Source: Haliotis rubra (taxonomy: Eukaryota). From it: a DNA stretch of 64,000 bases. The notes below the pieces were generated by a model. The model ran no database searches and was not told the origin of the DNA. It saw nothing but the letters and a program-made list of their open reading frames with translations. Shown here in pieces: positions 1-12,017 of this stretch (position 1 is its first letter; the number at the start of each line of letters is the position of its first letter). The stretch spans positions 5,642,001 to 5,706,000 of the forward strand of contig NW_025766968.1 of NCBI RefSeq assembly GCF_003918875.1, given 5' to 3'. The position numbers and the translations under genes were made by a program.

Positions 1-420
1 CTATATTGAAGCCATCGTAATTTTATGTAGTCTTGAAAGGATTTAGATAAGTGTTCGGCCAATCCAAAGTTTGAAATAACATTGTGTCGTTTTGCCATTT
101 TATCTGTGATTTAATATAGCAATATGAAATAATATCTTTTCGAGCCCTTTTTAATAGATGTAAGTTTGTTGAAACTTATTTTTCACCAGGGGCAGCAGGA
201 TCACTTGGTAAATCAAATTCCTTTTTTTCTTCAGAAAAATTTTCACAGAACTTATCACACCATAATCTTCCAAAAAAATACTTTCTTTAAAATCTTTAAA
301 ACACAAAAGTATTACGATCATTAAGAATATCAATTATTTGAGTTATGCCTTTTTCGCTGATGCTTTTGTTAAAGAAAGTCAGTTTACCAATAACAATATT
401 GGATTATAAAAATAATATAA

Positions 421-985
421 ACAAGCAGTTGCCACTAAGGTGACATAATCCCCCGCCGCATATTATCAAATCAAACGTAAAGAGTAATGAAAGTGAAGGT
501 CGTAGTTTAAGATGAAGTTAAATGTCAACAAAATCATGACCAGTCAACCTCTCTTGATATCTTGCTCTTTAGCTGTTCAAACACACTTTGACCTTCACAT
601 GAATGTCATGGTGTATGAAATATGCAAAAAATGGTAATAGAGAAATTGCTTATCAAAAAACATTCAAGAGAAGTCTTGAAAATATATGTAGAAAATCCAG
701 TGAACCGTTCTTGAGATATCTGGCTGACAATCTTAACATACTGAAATCTTCAAAGTGTCGTTGTGACCTTGACAATTACGTGAAGGTCACTAAACTCGAC
801 TGGGCCCTGCACCTTCCCTATATGAAGCTTAGTGTCAAATATGATGAAAATCCAGTAAACGGTTCTTGAGCTATCTCGCTGACAAGCTAAACATGCAGCT
901 TAACATGCTGAAATCTTCAAAGTGTCGTCGTGACCTTGAAAACTATTGGAAGGTCACCAAAATCGACTGGGCCCTGCGCCTTCCA
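421..985. repeat. Dispersed element with about 155-bp internal tandem repeats (Helentron/pearl-like)
   Basis: Units start at 691 and 846 (gaaaatccag...gtgaccttga...gaaggtcac...gggccctgc). Confidence 0.6.
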
Positions 986-2529
986 TTGCTATTTCTTTGT
1001 GAACCAATGCAAACAACTTGTGACTTATTATAATTAATTTTTAACCCTTCGTCTAACATAAAATCAGTATCATCTGCATATTGGGAAAAAATGCAAGTGA
1101 TTTGGTCAGTGGTAATTCCAGTTATATCTTTGTTGTTTGGAACTATAAGTTTGCAAGTATTTCAGCACACAGCTAAAAAAATGTATGTTGAGAGAGGATC
1201 ACCTTGTCTACAACCCAGCTGAACAGAAATCTGAGATGACATGTTTCCATTTATTAACAAATTAGAGTGAATAACATTATAAAAGACTGAAACCCATTTT
1301 CACATTAATCACCGATTCTCAGTCAGCGTGCACATCTGTGATCATAGAAATCGGAAGAAAAACATTGCATCTCAACACAATTTCTTCGATATGACAACAA
1401 GTATATTCACCTGCCCTATGTGCAGAATGATAGGACACAATGTCTTATGGTTTGTTAATAAACGGCAGTGACTAGCAGCTAAAATCCTTTATCAAACTCA
1501 AGTTAATTTCAACACAAATAAATCAAAAGAGTAATCAGATGTTATTTAGAATTTGACCGTTATATTGACAATTGTTGAAACTTCAAACAGGTTTTCCAAA
1601 TAGAATCTCTAGTTCATCTAAAGTAATACTGAAAGCCTTTCACTGGCATTTCTATATTTAAAGAACATCATCATGGAGTTATGTGACCTGGAAACATATC
1701 TATTTGTCCCACAGTAGTTATAAAATGTATCATTGTAAGGTAATGAACATACAATACAACTGTTACGTAAATGCTGTCGAACATGACGGCTGCAGGTTTT
1801 GCCATTTTCAGAACACTGCAAATGCATATAAATTTATTACATATCTTTAACAAACGTTTAGCGACAAACGTTGGATTCTATAGGCATTTCTGTTCATTTG
1901 TCGCCAGTACAATCTTTGTATTTTACGTTACAGCTACTATAATTTACGTTAATACGAAAGCCACGTGGTAATTTCAGTAGATCTATATTTTTCATTACCG
2001 AGCATTATTATTCATGATTCATCTCATTAGAATACCTTCACGCATTGATAAACGTTTAACAGTTTGAGTTGTGATACATATACAAAAATCTTAAGGTTGG
2101 AGGTTCAGCACTTACATACCGATGATTTAACCCGACAGAGCTTCAGATCATGTGCAGCACGCACATTGAAATCAGCATGACTCAACATGTTTCCATGGCG
2201 ACATTAAATTTGTTAGTGACTTATGCACATCATGTGATGATTACACAATGCCATTTAGAAAGTGGTCAAATGTAACCTATGTTATATTTGGGATTACACT
2301 TTCTTAGTGAAGTACAAATTCTAGTACTTTTAGAGTTGAGCCCCATCCGGGATTCGAACTCACACTGGCAAGTTAGTGGTGTGCCCAATGCTGGCATGTC
2401 ACTATGGCTGCTTGTCATCCATCGACCAGCCAGAAAGCATCAGTAAACTAAGGACGTTAAGAACCGCCCTCGTTCAGGTGAACCACGAGTGACAACTCAA
2501 AAGGAGCTACAGCCTTTCTCAGAACCACA

Positions 2530-2895
2530 GACCGCCTCCGTGGTGTAGTGGTTAGAGCGTCCGCCCGGAGAGCGGAAGATCTCGGGTTCGATCCCCGACC
2601 GCGTCATACCAAAAGACATTAAAATATGGTACTTGTTGGTCCCTGCCTGGCGCTCGGCATTTATGGGTACGACAAGGACTGGTCGGTTCGGAGTCAGTAT
2701 ACTGTCTCTGAGTGGGGTATTCATGCTTCACTGCGGCATGGTATCTCAGTGGGCTAGCACTATAAAACCAGCTTAAGTCTGGGCTAGTACAAGCAGCCGC
2801 ACATACACATACCGCACATACACACGCATGCACGTCGTCATATGAGCGAAATATTCTCAAGCACGACGTTAAACCCAATTTCACCTCACCTCACC
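2530..2895 (+). mobile_element. tRNA-derived SINE family A (about 360 bp, body resembles Meta-domain SINEs), full length
   Basis: A box tggtgtagtgg, B box ggttcgatcc, (tcacc)n tail, 13-bp TSD tctcagaaccaca (2517-2529 and 2896-2908); homologous to 16157-16509. Confidence 0.9.
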
Positions 2896-2999
2896 TCTCA
2901 GAACCACAAGACTTCATCCATTCATTTCACTAGATTCGTTTCCACATCGTCGTTTGTCCAACAGAACGGTCCGAAATCGCCTAAAATCGACGAGTATAG

Positions 3000-3570
3000 A
3001 GCAAAACGACCTGTCATCTACATAGCACAAAGCAGAATGACGTGCTTGGTGTCAATCTGGAGTTCATGGGGAGGGGTCCACCGATTTGTTTTGGCCGAGT
3101 TGGTGTGTTGGCGCCGCAGACACAAACGCACTATTAGTAGAATATCTTGGAGCCAGGACCGGGGTACATTGATGGTGACTGTAAATTTGACTTTGTGATG
3201 ATCAAACAAAATCAGAATGGACAACGGGACATCACTGACATCCTAGACAGTGTTGTGCTACATTCCGATGACCATTCCGAAGGCCAGTCATCATGGACGA
3301 CAATGCCACATCGTGCACGTGCCGTTGGTGATTTCTTACGCCAAGAGGCAGTAGCAACTTTACCTTGGCCCACCTGCATATGGAGTCCGAGTCTAAATCC
3401 CATAGAGCATGTTTGGGACATCATCAGTCCCAGGTTACGCCAGAGAGATGCACCGGTACTAAGCCTTCCATCGAGAATGTATCGCAAAACCTCAACGTCA
3501 AATTAAACGTCTACTATAGTCTGGGATGACGATGATCAGTGATGTTATTGCATTTGGCGGGGGTTACTCC
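3000..3570 (+). mobile_element. Decayed Tc1/mariner transposase fragment
   Basis: PHRARAVGDFL...LPWP...SPSLNPIEHVWD, the Tc1 C-terminal DD34E motif region; frameshifted. Confidence 0.8.
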
Positions 3571-4877
3571 AGGTTGTGCTGTTATTGACACTAATGCCAT
3601 TTCTTGAGGATTGTATTCCAGAATCTTGAAAATGACAGCACATGTTAAGGCCATACGTCCATCGTTATCAGCACGACAAAATGAGTCAATGTTTTGCCAT
3701 GTTTGCTTCTCCGAATAAACTGTTCGTTCTTTCTGCGCTTATATTTGCCATTGATTTATTACCCGAAGGACAGTTTATCCAGATAGTAAGTTGAAAGGGG
3801 GGTTTGGATAAGTTCCTTTTGTTTGGTTAAAGGCCGGGGTTCAAATCATAACACAAATTGGGTGTGGCTACATTGCCTTGTGAAAGCTGTCTTTCGATAC
3901 ATAGCAAAGCTGTATTCAAGTACATTGAATTATCACCAAATCGACTTACCTGTCCATAGTGATATTAAGCCATAGTATACAAAAGGATGTTGTGAAATAA
4001 GACTCACTTCAAAATGTGTTGATGCAGACAGTCTCCAAAATACATTTTGAAAATACATTTCTCTTTTTGAAACACTGGTTTTAATTTGCCACTGGATCAG
4101 TCAGGTGACCAGAGGGGATGCGTTGTCATAGAAACAAGCCTGTGGGTGGAGGTTAAAGCCTCATTGAGGGTTTCTTTTTTAATTTTTTCCTCCCCTCCCC
4201 CACTCCTTGATCCCCTGTTGTACAGGGATATACATTGATTTGACTCGGACATCCAGCGGAACATTTGATTCTTCCCAGTGGGCTGACATTGGCTTGTATT
4301 TCTGTTATCATGATCAACACATCAGCTGGGCAAATTTAATTCTGTTCTAAAGTAAACCTTTGTCGTCCTAACTTCAATATGATAGCATAAAATGCTCTAA
4401 ACCGCATTAATAACATAACAGTTGTACCCGAACCCCTAAAGCCCCAAATGAACCTTGTTAGTTTTAGCATGCATTTCTACTAGCGTGTCAGATCACACTT
4501 CATTGTCTCCTAGTACCGGAATATACTTGACATTCTCATTTTCTGGCCGAACATACTGATTTCCCCACAAGATGGATCCAAGTAAGCGACCTGCTCGTTT
4601 TACAATGGAAATACCTGGTGATCATGAAGTCTGAAAGCTGAAACAGGTTACCGCACACCTGAAAGCAGAGACAAACATGCCTGTTTATAATGCTGAGGTA
4701 CTGGGCCGGGCACTGTAATATTATCTCCAGCATCATGGTGTGATTGCCCCAAAACAACCACCAGTTACACACCTGACCGCCAAACCTGGTGACTGATGAC
4801 ACGTTTATCATCATATCTGAATCATCTATGAAAATGTGTTTGGATGTAGCGGAGGAGCATGGACGAAAATGTTCCAA

Positions 4878-5011
4878 GAGTGAGTGAGTATGGTTTTATG
4901 CCGCTTTTAGCAATATTCCTGCAATATGACGGCGGGTACACCAGAAATGGGCTTCACACATTGTATCTATGTGGGGAATCCAACCCGGGTCTTCGGCGTG
5001 ACGAGCGAACG
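4878..5011 (-). mobile_element. SINE family B (tRNA-Asp-like head, about 160 bp), 5'-truncated
   Basis: Shares body gaagcccatttctggtgt and the (actc)n tail with other family B copies. Confidence 0.85.
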
Positions 5012-5203
5012 TAGATTATTTTGACCTGAAGCCTTGTTGCCATGAGATAATTCGTTCTCCCAGATTGTAAATATGACAATACTACAACGACAAATTTGTT
5101 TACATAGAGTATCACTGAAGTAATATGATTGAATTTTGATATGACTATTTCCTTCAGCTGCAACACCACCTTATATTGCTCATCCACCCATCCAGAGACA
5201 GAG

Positions 5204-5204
5204 A

Positions 5205-5230
<26 letters not shown>
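5204..5230. repeat. (GT)n microsatellite
   Basis: Direct read. Confidence 0.95.
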
Positions 5231-5235
<5 letters not shown>

Positions 5236-5401
5236 CCTACAGAAGGACTAATATGAACTCCGTAACGTTCAACAAATAAAGAAGTTGATATCAGCAAATA
5301 TCTTGACTCGCTGTCAAGTTGGAAAATTGTTGAGTGCGGAGCTAATCACTACACAGGCACAAACAACAATTGTAGTGGACCCACTCCGCTATATGATTGA
5401 A

Positions 5402-5546
5402 TGAGTGAGTATGGTTTTACGCCACTTTTAGCAATATCAAGGCGGGGGACACAAGAAAAGGGCTTCACACATCGTACCCATGTGAGGAATCGAACCCGGG
5501 TCTTCGGCGTGACGAGCGAACGCTTTAACTACCCCGCCGACCCGCC
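5402..5546 (-). mobile_element. SINE family B, upstream of CPQ copy A
   Basis: B box (gaatcgaacc on +), family body and tail. Confidence 0.85.
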
Positions 5547-5913
5547 ATATGAATAACACCAAAGCACGCTGAAGCTTGTGGTGATGTATGCTATTCAGCA
5601 GAACATTTGTTGACGTCAGTTTGGGCAGACAGCAAGTGGTTGAGTTAATATATTGTTTTTTAATTGTTAAAATAGGAAATCGGAGGATTATATCCACGTT
5701 CGGGCTTTGTACCAGCAGCGAAACGCAGTGCACAGCTTGACGCGAAGGCGTCACAGGTCCACAGGTATATGGACTTAAAACGTGATGAAAGCTGCTACAA
5801 GCTCATCAATTGGGCTTCAGATGCCGCAGTAGCGACCTAGTTTGTGGTCATTTGTGGTCGAGGTCTCCTTGGATTGTTCAGTCACTTGGTTGTCAGTTTC
5901 AGTGCATCAAGCA

Positions 5914-7311
5914 ATGGAGGCGTTAGGTATTTTGTTACTCGGTTCCATTTGTTGTGTGTCTGCGGGGCCAGTGAAGGTTACCAGTGTGAAAGACGAAATC
6001 AAAAGCCACCGCGCTGATGCGGAACGTATAATTAACCTGGTGGTCAATGGAAGTGCTAAAGGACAGACATACAACCGACTGGCCGAGTTTGTGGACACAT
6101 TCGGGAGTCGTATTGCGGGTTCTCAGAATCTTGAAAACGCCATTGATTACATGATGAAGAAGTTGAATGAGGATGATCTGGAGAATGTACACGGAGAGTC
6201 CGCCATGGTGCCCCACTGGGTGCGAGGGAAGGAGTCAGCCACCCTGGAGCAGCCACGGATCCTACCCCTCAACATACTGGGTCTTGGGGGTAGCATCGGC
6301 ACCCCTCCCGAGGGCATCACGGCTGAGGTCATTGTGGTCAAGACGTTTGACGAGTTGAAGCGGAGAGCTGCCGAGGCCCGCGGGAAGATAGTGGTGTACA
6401 ACGAGGACTGGGTAGGGTATGGAGCGACTGTCCAGTATCGTTCACTGGGAGCTGTGGAGGCGGCCAAAGTGGGTGCTGTGGCCTCTCTCATACGTAGTGT
6501 GACCCCCTTCTCTATAGACAGCCCCCACACCGGCTGGCAGGACTACAGCGACAACGTCACCAAGATACCTACAGCCTGCATCACGATAGAGATCGCCCAG
6601 ATGCTGCATAGGATGTCCTTGAGAGGGGAGAAGATCGTCATCAACCTCAAGATGGAAGCTCAGAACCTGCCCATGGTCAAGTCCAGGAACACAGTGGCTG
6701 AGATTAAGGGCAGTACATACCCGGATGAAGTCGTGATCGTGAGCGGCCACCTTGACAGCTGGGACGTGGGGCAGGGGGCGATGGACGACGGCGGCGGTGC
6801 CTTCATTTCCTGGCAGGCCCTGTCTCTCGTCCGCCAACTGGGACTTCGCCCTAAGCGTACCCTCAGGATGATCATGTGGACTGCAGAAGAAGAGGGGGTT
6901 TATGGAGCGAAGCAGTATTTCAAGGACCACCAGGACGAAATCCCCAAACACGATCTGGTGATGGAATCGGATCTCGGTACGTTCAACCCAAGAGGTCTCC
7001 AGTTCTCCGGCAACAAGGCAGCCACAGCTATCATGAAGGAGGTCGCCCAACTTCTCAGTTCCATCAACAGGACAACCCTCTACAGTCCCGCAGATGTCAG
7101 CGACACCGGTCTTTGGAAGAACATCGGTGTCCCAAGCGGCAGCATAGAGAACGACAACGAAAACTACTTCTACTTCCACCACAGCAACGGTGACATGATG
7201 ACAGTGGAGAACTCCGGCGTCCTTGACCTTTGTTCCGCCATCTGGGCAGTGGCGGCGTATGTGGTAGCTGACCTTGACGCTATGCTTCCACGGGACATTG
7301 TGAACGGTTGA
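5914..7311 (+). CDS. CPQ: Carboxypeptidase Q (M28 metallopeptidase), copy A; intronless CDS, 465 aa, signal peptide
   Basis: ATG at 5914 (gcaATGG) begins a hydrophobic signal peptide; the ORF-track start at 5842 is a TTG. PA domain (RGKIVVYN...ASLIRSV). M28 metal-binding and catalytic motifs SGHLDSWD, GAMDDG, WTAEEEG, MESD, FHHSNGD; C-terminal MLPR as in animal CPQ. Confidence 0.95.
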   Translation: MEALGILLLGSICCVSAGPVKVTSVKDEIKSHRADAERIINLVVNGSAKGQTYNRLAEFVDTFGSRIAGSQNLENAIDYMMKKLNEDDLENVHGESAMVPHWVRGKESATLEQPRILPLNILGLGGSIGTPPEGITAEVIVVKTFDELKRRAAEARGKIVVYNEDWVGYGATVQYRSLGAVEAAKVGAVASLIRSVTPFSIDSPHTGWQDYSDNVTKIPTACITIEIAQMLHRMSLRGEKIVINLKMEAQNLPMVKSRNTVAEIKGSTYPDEVVIVSGHLDSWDVGQGAMDDGGGAFISWQALSLVRQLGLRPKRTLRMIMWTAEEEGVYGAKQYFKDHQDEIPKHDLVMESDLGTFNPRGLQFSGNKAATAIMKEVAQLLSSINRTTLYSPADVSDTGLWKNIGVPSGSIENDNENYFYFHHSNGDMMTVENSGVLDLCSAIWAVAAYVVADLDAMLPRDIVNG

Positions 7312-7453
7312 CTATTTATTTCAAGGTAATACATGTTAAGCTTTAAAGTGTGTATGTCTGTAATATGTAACAACTGCCTAATTTTGTGTCTTATTAGATG
7401 TAACTTCATTTTGTTGCTGCAAATCTATTTCAAGTTGGTACATTTGGAAAGTA

Positions 7454-7611
7454 ACGTATTTCCTCTAATAAGCGCCCGGACGCTTATTTTTTCAACAGAC
7501 TTATTAGAGGCCAAGCGCTTATTGCGCTTACTGGGCGTAATTAATTATTTCTTAATCGCTGCTTAACCTCCGGCGCTTATTAGTTTCCGGCGCTTATTAG
7601 AGGAAATACGG
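7454..7611. mobile_element. Tc2/pogo-like MITE just downstream of CPQ copy A
   Basis: 22-bp TIR cgtatttcctctaataagcgcc (7455-7476 and 7589-7610), TA flanks, internal cgcttatt repeats. Confidence 0.8.
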
Positions 7612-7674
7612 TATATGTCCTTGCCGTCACAGGCTCTCGTGTCTTTGCGCAGATTCTTTAAAACTATATAAAAA

Positions 7675-7763
7675 TTTGAGATGACCCCCCGACTCTAAAT
7701 GCTCCACCATATGTCATGATGTATATGTACTGTGAAGCATTTCGAGTCCGGGGTCATCTCAAA
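7675..7763. repeat. Short inverted repeat (about 33-bp arms)
   Basis: tttgagatgacccc..gactc.aaatgct.cac pairs with gtgaagcatttcgagtccggggtcatctcaaa. Confidence 0.75.
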
Positions 7764-8203
7764 AACAATATTTTATTAATCTTTAATCCTCGCAAAGACA
7801 CGAGGGCATGTGCTCGGGGTACGTTTTCCACGTAGCATACAACTGCTCAAGCTCGAAAGATATTTCTGCTTCAATTATGACTTCGAAATCAACAGCGTAT
7901 ATTGCATACGATTTCCAAAGCCTGTGTTTGTTTTCTAGCTTGTTATATAACGCCGGCATGAGTCCCGCTCTGTGACAGCGGCCCATAATAATCGTGCCTG
8001 GACAGGGATTGATATCAAGAGCAATTCTCCACCCCATCGGGCTACGTTAACACGCCATCCGTCAAGCCCCCAAGCTGGGCCAAGCAATCCATTTGGTAGT
8101 CTTTTACAACACGCATATGTTACTAGGATTCGGGCCTGACCCGGAGGTACACCATGACTTCGTTGGTCATTTCAAACATCGTTCTGCTCGGTGTAGCGAA
8201 GAA

Positions 8204-8367
8204 GACTGATTGAGTATAGTTTTACGCGTCTTTTAGCAATATTCCAGCAATATCACGGCGGGGGACACCAGAAATGGGCTTAACAAATTGTACCCATGTC
8301 GGGAATCGAACCCGGATCTTCGGCGTGATGAGCAAACGCTTTAACCACTATGCAACCCCACCGCCCC
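8204..8367 (-). mobile_element. SINE family B
   Basis: Full-length match to family B. Confidence 0.85.
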
Positions 8368-8792
8368 AATGTAGCAAGGATGAAAAGTAGCGGTCAGATG
8401 CGTATCAGAGGTACCTATTACCAGTGTGTGCATTCTCAAGCCCGAAGCATCGTGTGGTAAGGCCTCCGACCTACATTCCCTATCTGTGTTTTCTGTACAG
8501 ATAATGTTGGCTCTAGAGGAAACACCCCGACTTCAGTGGTTCGACATTTGCGTGCATGTCGTTTGACCTTGTACTTACTTATACGTAAAACCCAAGATGT
8601 CTTTTGAGGTAAGCAGTCGGCTCACACTTAGTCTGATACGTAGTTCAAGAAATAAAGTCTTAAGGTTAAAAAATATATACCCTCAAAAAATGTATGACAC
8701 CAGGAGCCCAGAACAATGGCTGAGACTTGCCCAATCATTCTAGACTTGAGTTGGGCTCCTTTCTTAATACCTCGGGGATGGGAAACAGACTG

Positions 8793-9035
8793 AGTGAGTG
8801 AGTTTGGTTTTACGCCGCACTCAGCAATATTCCAGCTATATGGTGGCGGTCTGTAAATAATCGAGTCTGGACCAGACAATCCAGTGATCAACAGCATGAG
8901 CATCGATCTGCGCAATTAGGAACCGATGACATGTCTCAACCAAGTCAGCGAGCCTGACCACCCGATCCCGTTAGTCGCCTCTTACGACAAACATGGGTTA
9001 CTGAAGATCAATCCTAGCCCGGATCTTCACGGGTA
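8793..9035 (-). mobile_element. SINE-like family C (about 245 bp, no tRNA head)
   Basis: 13-bp TSD gggaaacagactg (8780-8792 and 9036-9048); (actc)n tail shared with family B. Confidence 0.9.
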
Positions 9036-9727
9036 GGGAAACAGACTGCTACATACTGGTGGGAAGACTGAACCAAAACTATCCGTGGTATGGACTCAAA
9101 CTGTTGCATTTCCTAGCAACACCGCATGATACAGGACTGCCCGCGCCCGCTGATGACACATGACATGATCATGAAGACAAAGAGAGGAACCAAGGAATTT
9201 ACACTGCATGCAGGGGATAAAACCCGTCGGGAAATTGTGGACCTTCATGGGTGTCATGGCCGTGAAAGGATTAGTGGAAACTATTCATTTGAGTGTTGTG
9301 GGATGTGTGCCCAGCACCCCATTTTATTTGGTGAAATGCCTTGGGCTGTGCCCCTGCTTCGGTGAGGGAAGGGAGCTGGTAGTTTAAGAATACTCGCTCC
9401 AGGAACGAGGTTCCACTAACACACTCCATTGACACTCGCTCCATTTAGAAGCGTAGTGGGATAGACCAGTACTATCACTCGGCCGGTCATGCCAAGCCCC
9501 GTGTACTATCTCCTTTAGCCTGGATTTGTCCTTATTCCATTATCATTTTGCAAATTATAAATGTCTGTTTAAATTCTTTTCAAATCGGATATACATGTTT
9601 TCGATATATGCAATATTTCTGAAATCCCCCAAAACGGTGGCTCATAGCTCATTGTGGTGGAACATTATATATAATGTTTCTGGCAAAGGGTACACTCTTG
9701 GTATTCTTGGTGCTGCTTGGGAGAAGA

Positions 9728-9890
9728 GTGAGTGAGTTTAGTTTTGAGCCGCTTTTGGCAATATTCCAGCAATATCACGGCGGGGGACACCAGAAATGGG
9801 CTTTACACGCTGTACCCATGTGGGGAATCGAACGCTGGTCTTCGGCGTGAAGAGCGAACGCTTTAACCACGGGACTTCCTCATCGTCCCT
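9728..9890 (-). mobile_element. SINE family B with TSD
   Basis: 12-bp TSD cttgggagaaga (9716-9727 and 9891-9902). Confidence 0.88.
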
Positions 9891-10606
9891 CTTGGGAGAA
9901 GAAAATACATGTAACAAAACAGAAGAATGATGTTCTTGCAAGAAGAACGGTCTGAGGCCTTCTCCAATAACGCACCCTGAAAGGCTATCATGCTAATGCC
10001 ATGGTAGCTTGAAGCTAAACCTCCAACTAAAATACTCCGGTATGTCTTTTAGAGCAATTGGTCGGGAAATGAAGGTCCACTATACAGTCCGTTTGATTTC
10101 ATTAGAGACCGATGAATTGCTCACAAACACAAAAATCAAATAAATGCAACAAAACCAAATTTTGTACAGTCACATGAAATCGACGACCAACTCTGATGAT
10201 TTGTCTCATAATTTTGGACACCCGAATAAAAAAGTTGTTTTACACACACAGTCATTTCACTGCCGCACACACATTATACACAGCTTTGTACTATGTGCAT
10301 TGGTCCCATTATGCTGGGCATATTTTGCATGATTGTGTTGATTTGTACTTATCACACAACGTTTTAATGATAATGTTCATATCTTATCCGGACGTTTCAG
10401 GAGAGTTTCTGACCACTTGAGTTAAATGTATGCAAAAGAAATCAATATTTGCGATAATTCATACTACCAACGCGAGAGGCATTAATATAGGCCATGTTCG
10501 GCCTGTTTGCCAATCCTTTTTGTTCGTTCTGTATTGTCTTTCAAATGTATTGTCTGTATTTAGAATAAATACTGTTTAAACCATATACCACTTTTTGTGT
10601 GCTTAA

Positions 10607-11365
10607 AGGTCACATGAAACGTAAAACACAACTTTGCAGATTATGATACCTTTCGGTATGGACTTACAATAACAAATTATCAAAAATGTAAATATAACTT
10701 ATAAAGTTGAAAAATAACGCGATGAAAAAAACCCCGCGAAATAGTTCAAACGATTCACTAAATGCACCCCACGCAGCTGGTGAAAAGTGGTTTCCACAGC
10801 TATGCTGCGCTGCACTGCGCTTATGGCGCATGCGCAGTGAATACGTTCGCACAGCTTGAAGCGGGGATTCCCGGATTATAAGGTCGTGAGCAGGAGTAGT
10901 CTAATCTTGGTTGTGTACACAATCACCAAATAGTGAATAATCTACTCGTTACATAAAAGAACCTTGTTAAGGATCTAGATTTACTCAGTTACGTGTCAAC
11001 CAGTGAAGCGTTCGACATTTCAAGACGGAAAACCGCCGGCGGTGAGTACTCGGGGTAGGCTTTGATGTGAGCTTTTTTTCTAATGTTTAACTGTTTATAT
11101 AATTTCATTTGACTATTTCACACGTTCTTTTTACGGAATCACTTTCTCAGTTCGACACTTAAAAGTAACGTCATTATTTAGCATTGTCAGAATTTCTAAC
11201 TGTGATATAGATATGCCTCTGACACAGACAAAACTCAATGTCTGTTTTATTGACACATGTGCGTCTGCCAGCCTGTCTGCTAATGACAATATGCAATACA
11301 CAACTTCGATCACTGACCTCATGCAATTTGAACTTAACACCTATCAGGCTATACACCATAAACAA
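10607..11365. mobile_element. Truncated copy of the Kolobok-like element
   Basis: ttaa-aggtcacatg start, colinear with 31694-32310; right end missing. Confidence 0.85.
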
Positions 11366-11768
11366 CTGTGATCTATCAGTTGTAATTGTTCGAATGTAAT
11401 ATTTATGTTACTGACTATTAGAACTATAACAAAACTTTGTTTACATCCAGTTAGACTAATGACCTTCCTTGTCGCGGACATCTGCAAACCTACTGGTGCT
11501 GCGTTACACAGTGCTCTCTTCATGCGGTGATTGAAGTGTATTGTCGAACAAACTAACAATGACAAAATCGAACAAACAGAATGGATATTTTATTAAAATT
11601 TGAAAAGTACATATCGCACAAAGGAACAGATGATATCAAGTGACTGATTGGCATTGAAAAGGTGCAAAACATTGACACACATTTTCCTTATCAAAATACT
11701 GTTGACTATGTACAACATTCGTGGATAATGGCCGACTCCGTAGTCCAGTGGATAGCGCGTCTGCCTAG

Positions 11769-12017
11769 AGAGTGAGTATGGTTTTACACCGTTTTAGTTC
11801 AAAGCAATATCACGGAGGGGACACTAGAAATGGGCTTTAAACATTGTACTCGTGTGAGGAATCGAACCCATTAGTCGTTAAAGCGTTCGCTCGTCTCGCT
11901 GAAGACCCGGGTTCGAATACCCACATTGGTACAATGTGGGAAGCCCATTTCTGGTGTCCCCCGTCGTGATACTGCTGAAACATTGCTAAAAGCGGCGTAA
12001 AACTGAACTCACTCACT
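11769..12017. mobile_element. Two abutting family B SINEs, head-to-head
   Basis: Minus copy about 11769-11869 and plus copy about 11871-12017. Confidence 0.8.

Noticed and set aside
2530-2610. tRNA genes at SINE heads (here and in family B copies)
   Set aside because: They continue into shared bodies and tails with TSDs, and I could not close a canonical cloverleaf.
5842-5913. N-terminal extension of CPQ-A in the ORF track
   Set aside because: Starts at TTG; the eukaryotic start is the ATG at 5914, which matches copy B in position and opens the signal peptide.
6442-7182. 246-aa antisense ORF and similar ORFs opposite both CPQ copies
   Set aside because: Shadow ORFs of GC-rich coding sequence; no recognisable domain.
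5914-7311. Bacterial origin or contamination for the intronless peptidase
   Set aside because: The protein follows animal CPQ throughout and is embedded among host SINEs.
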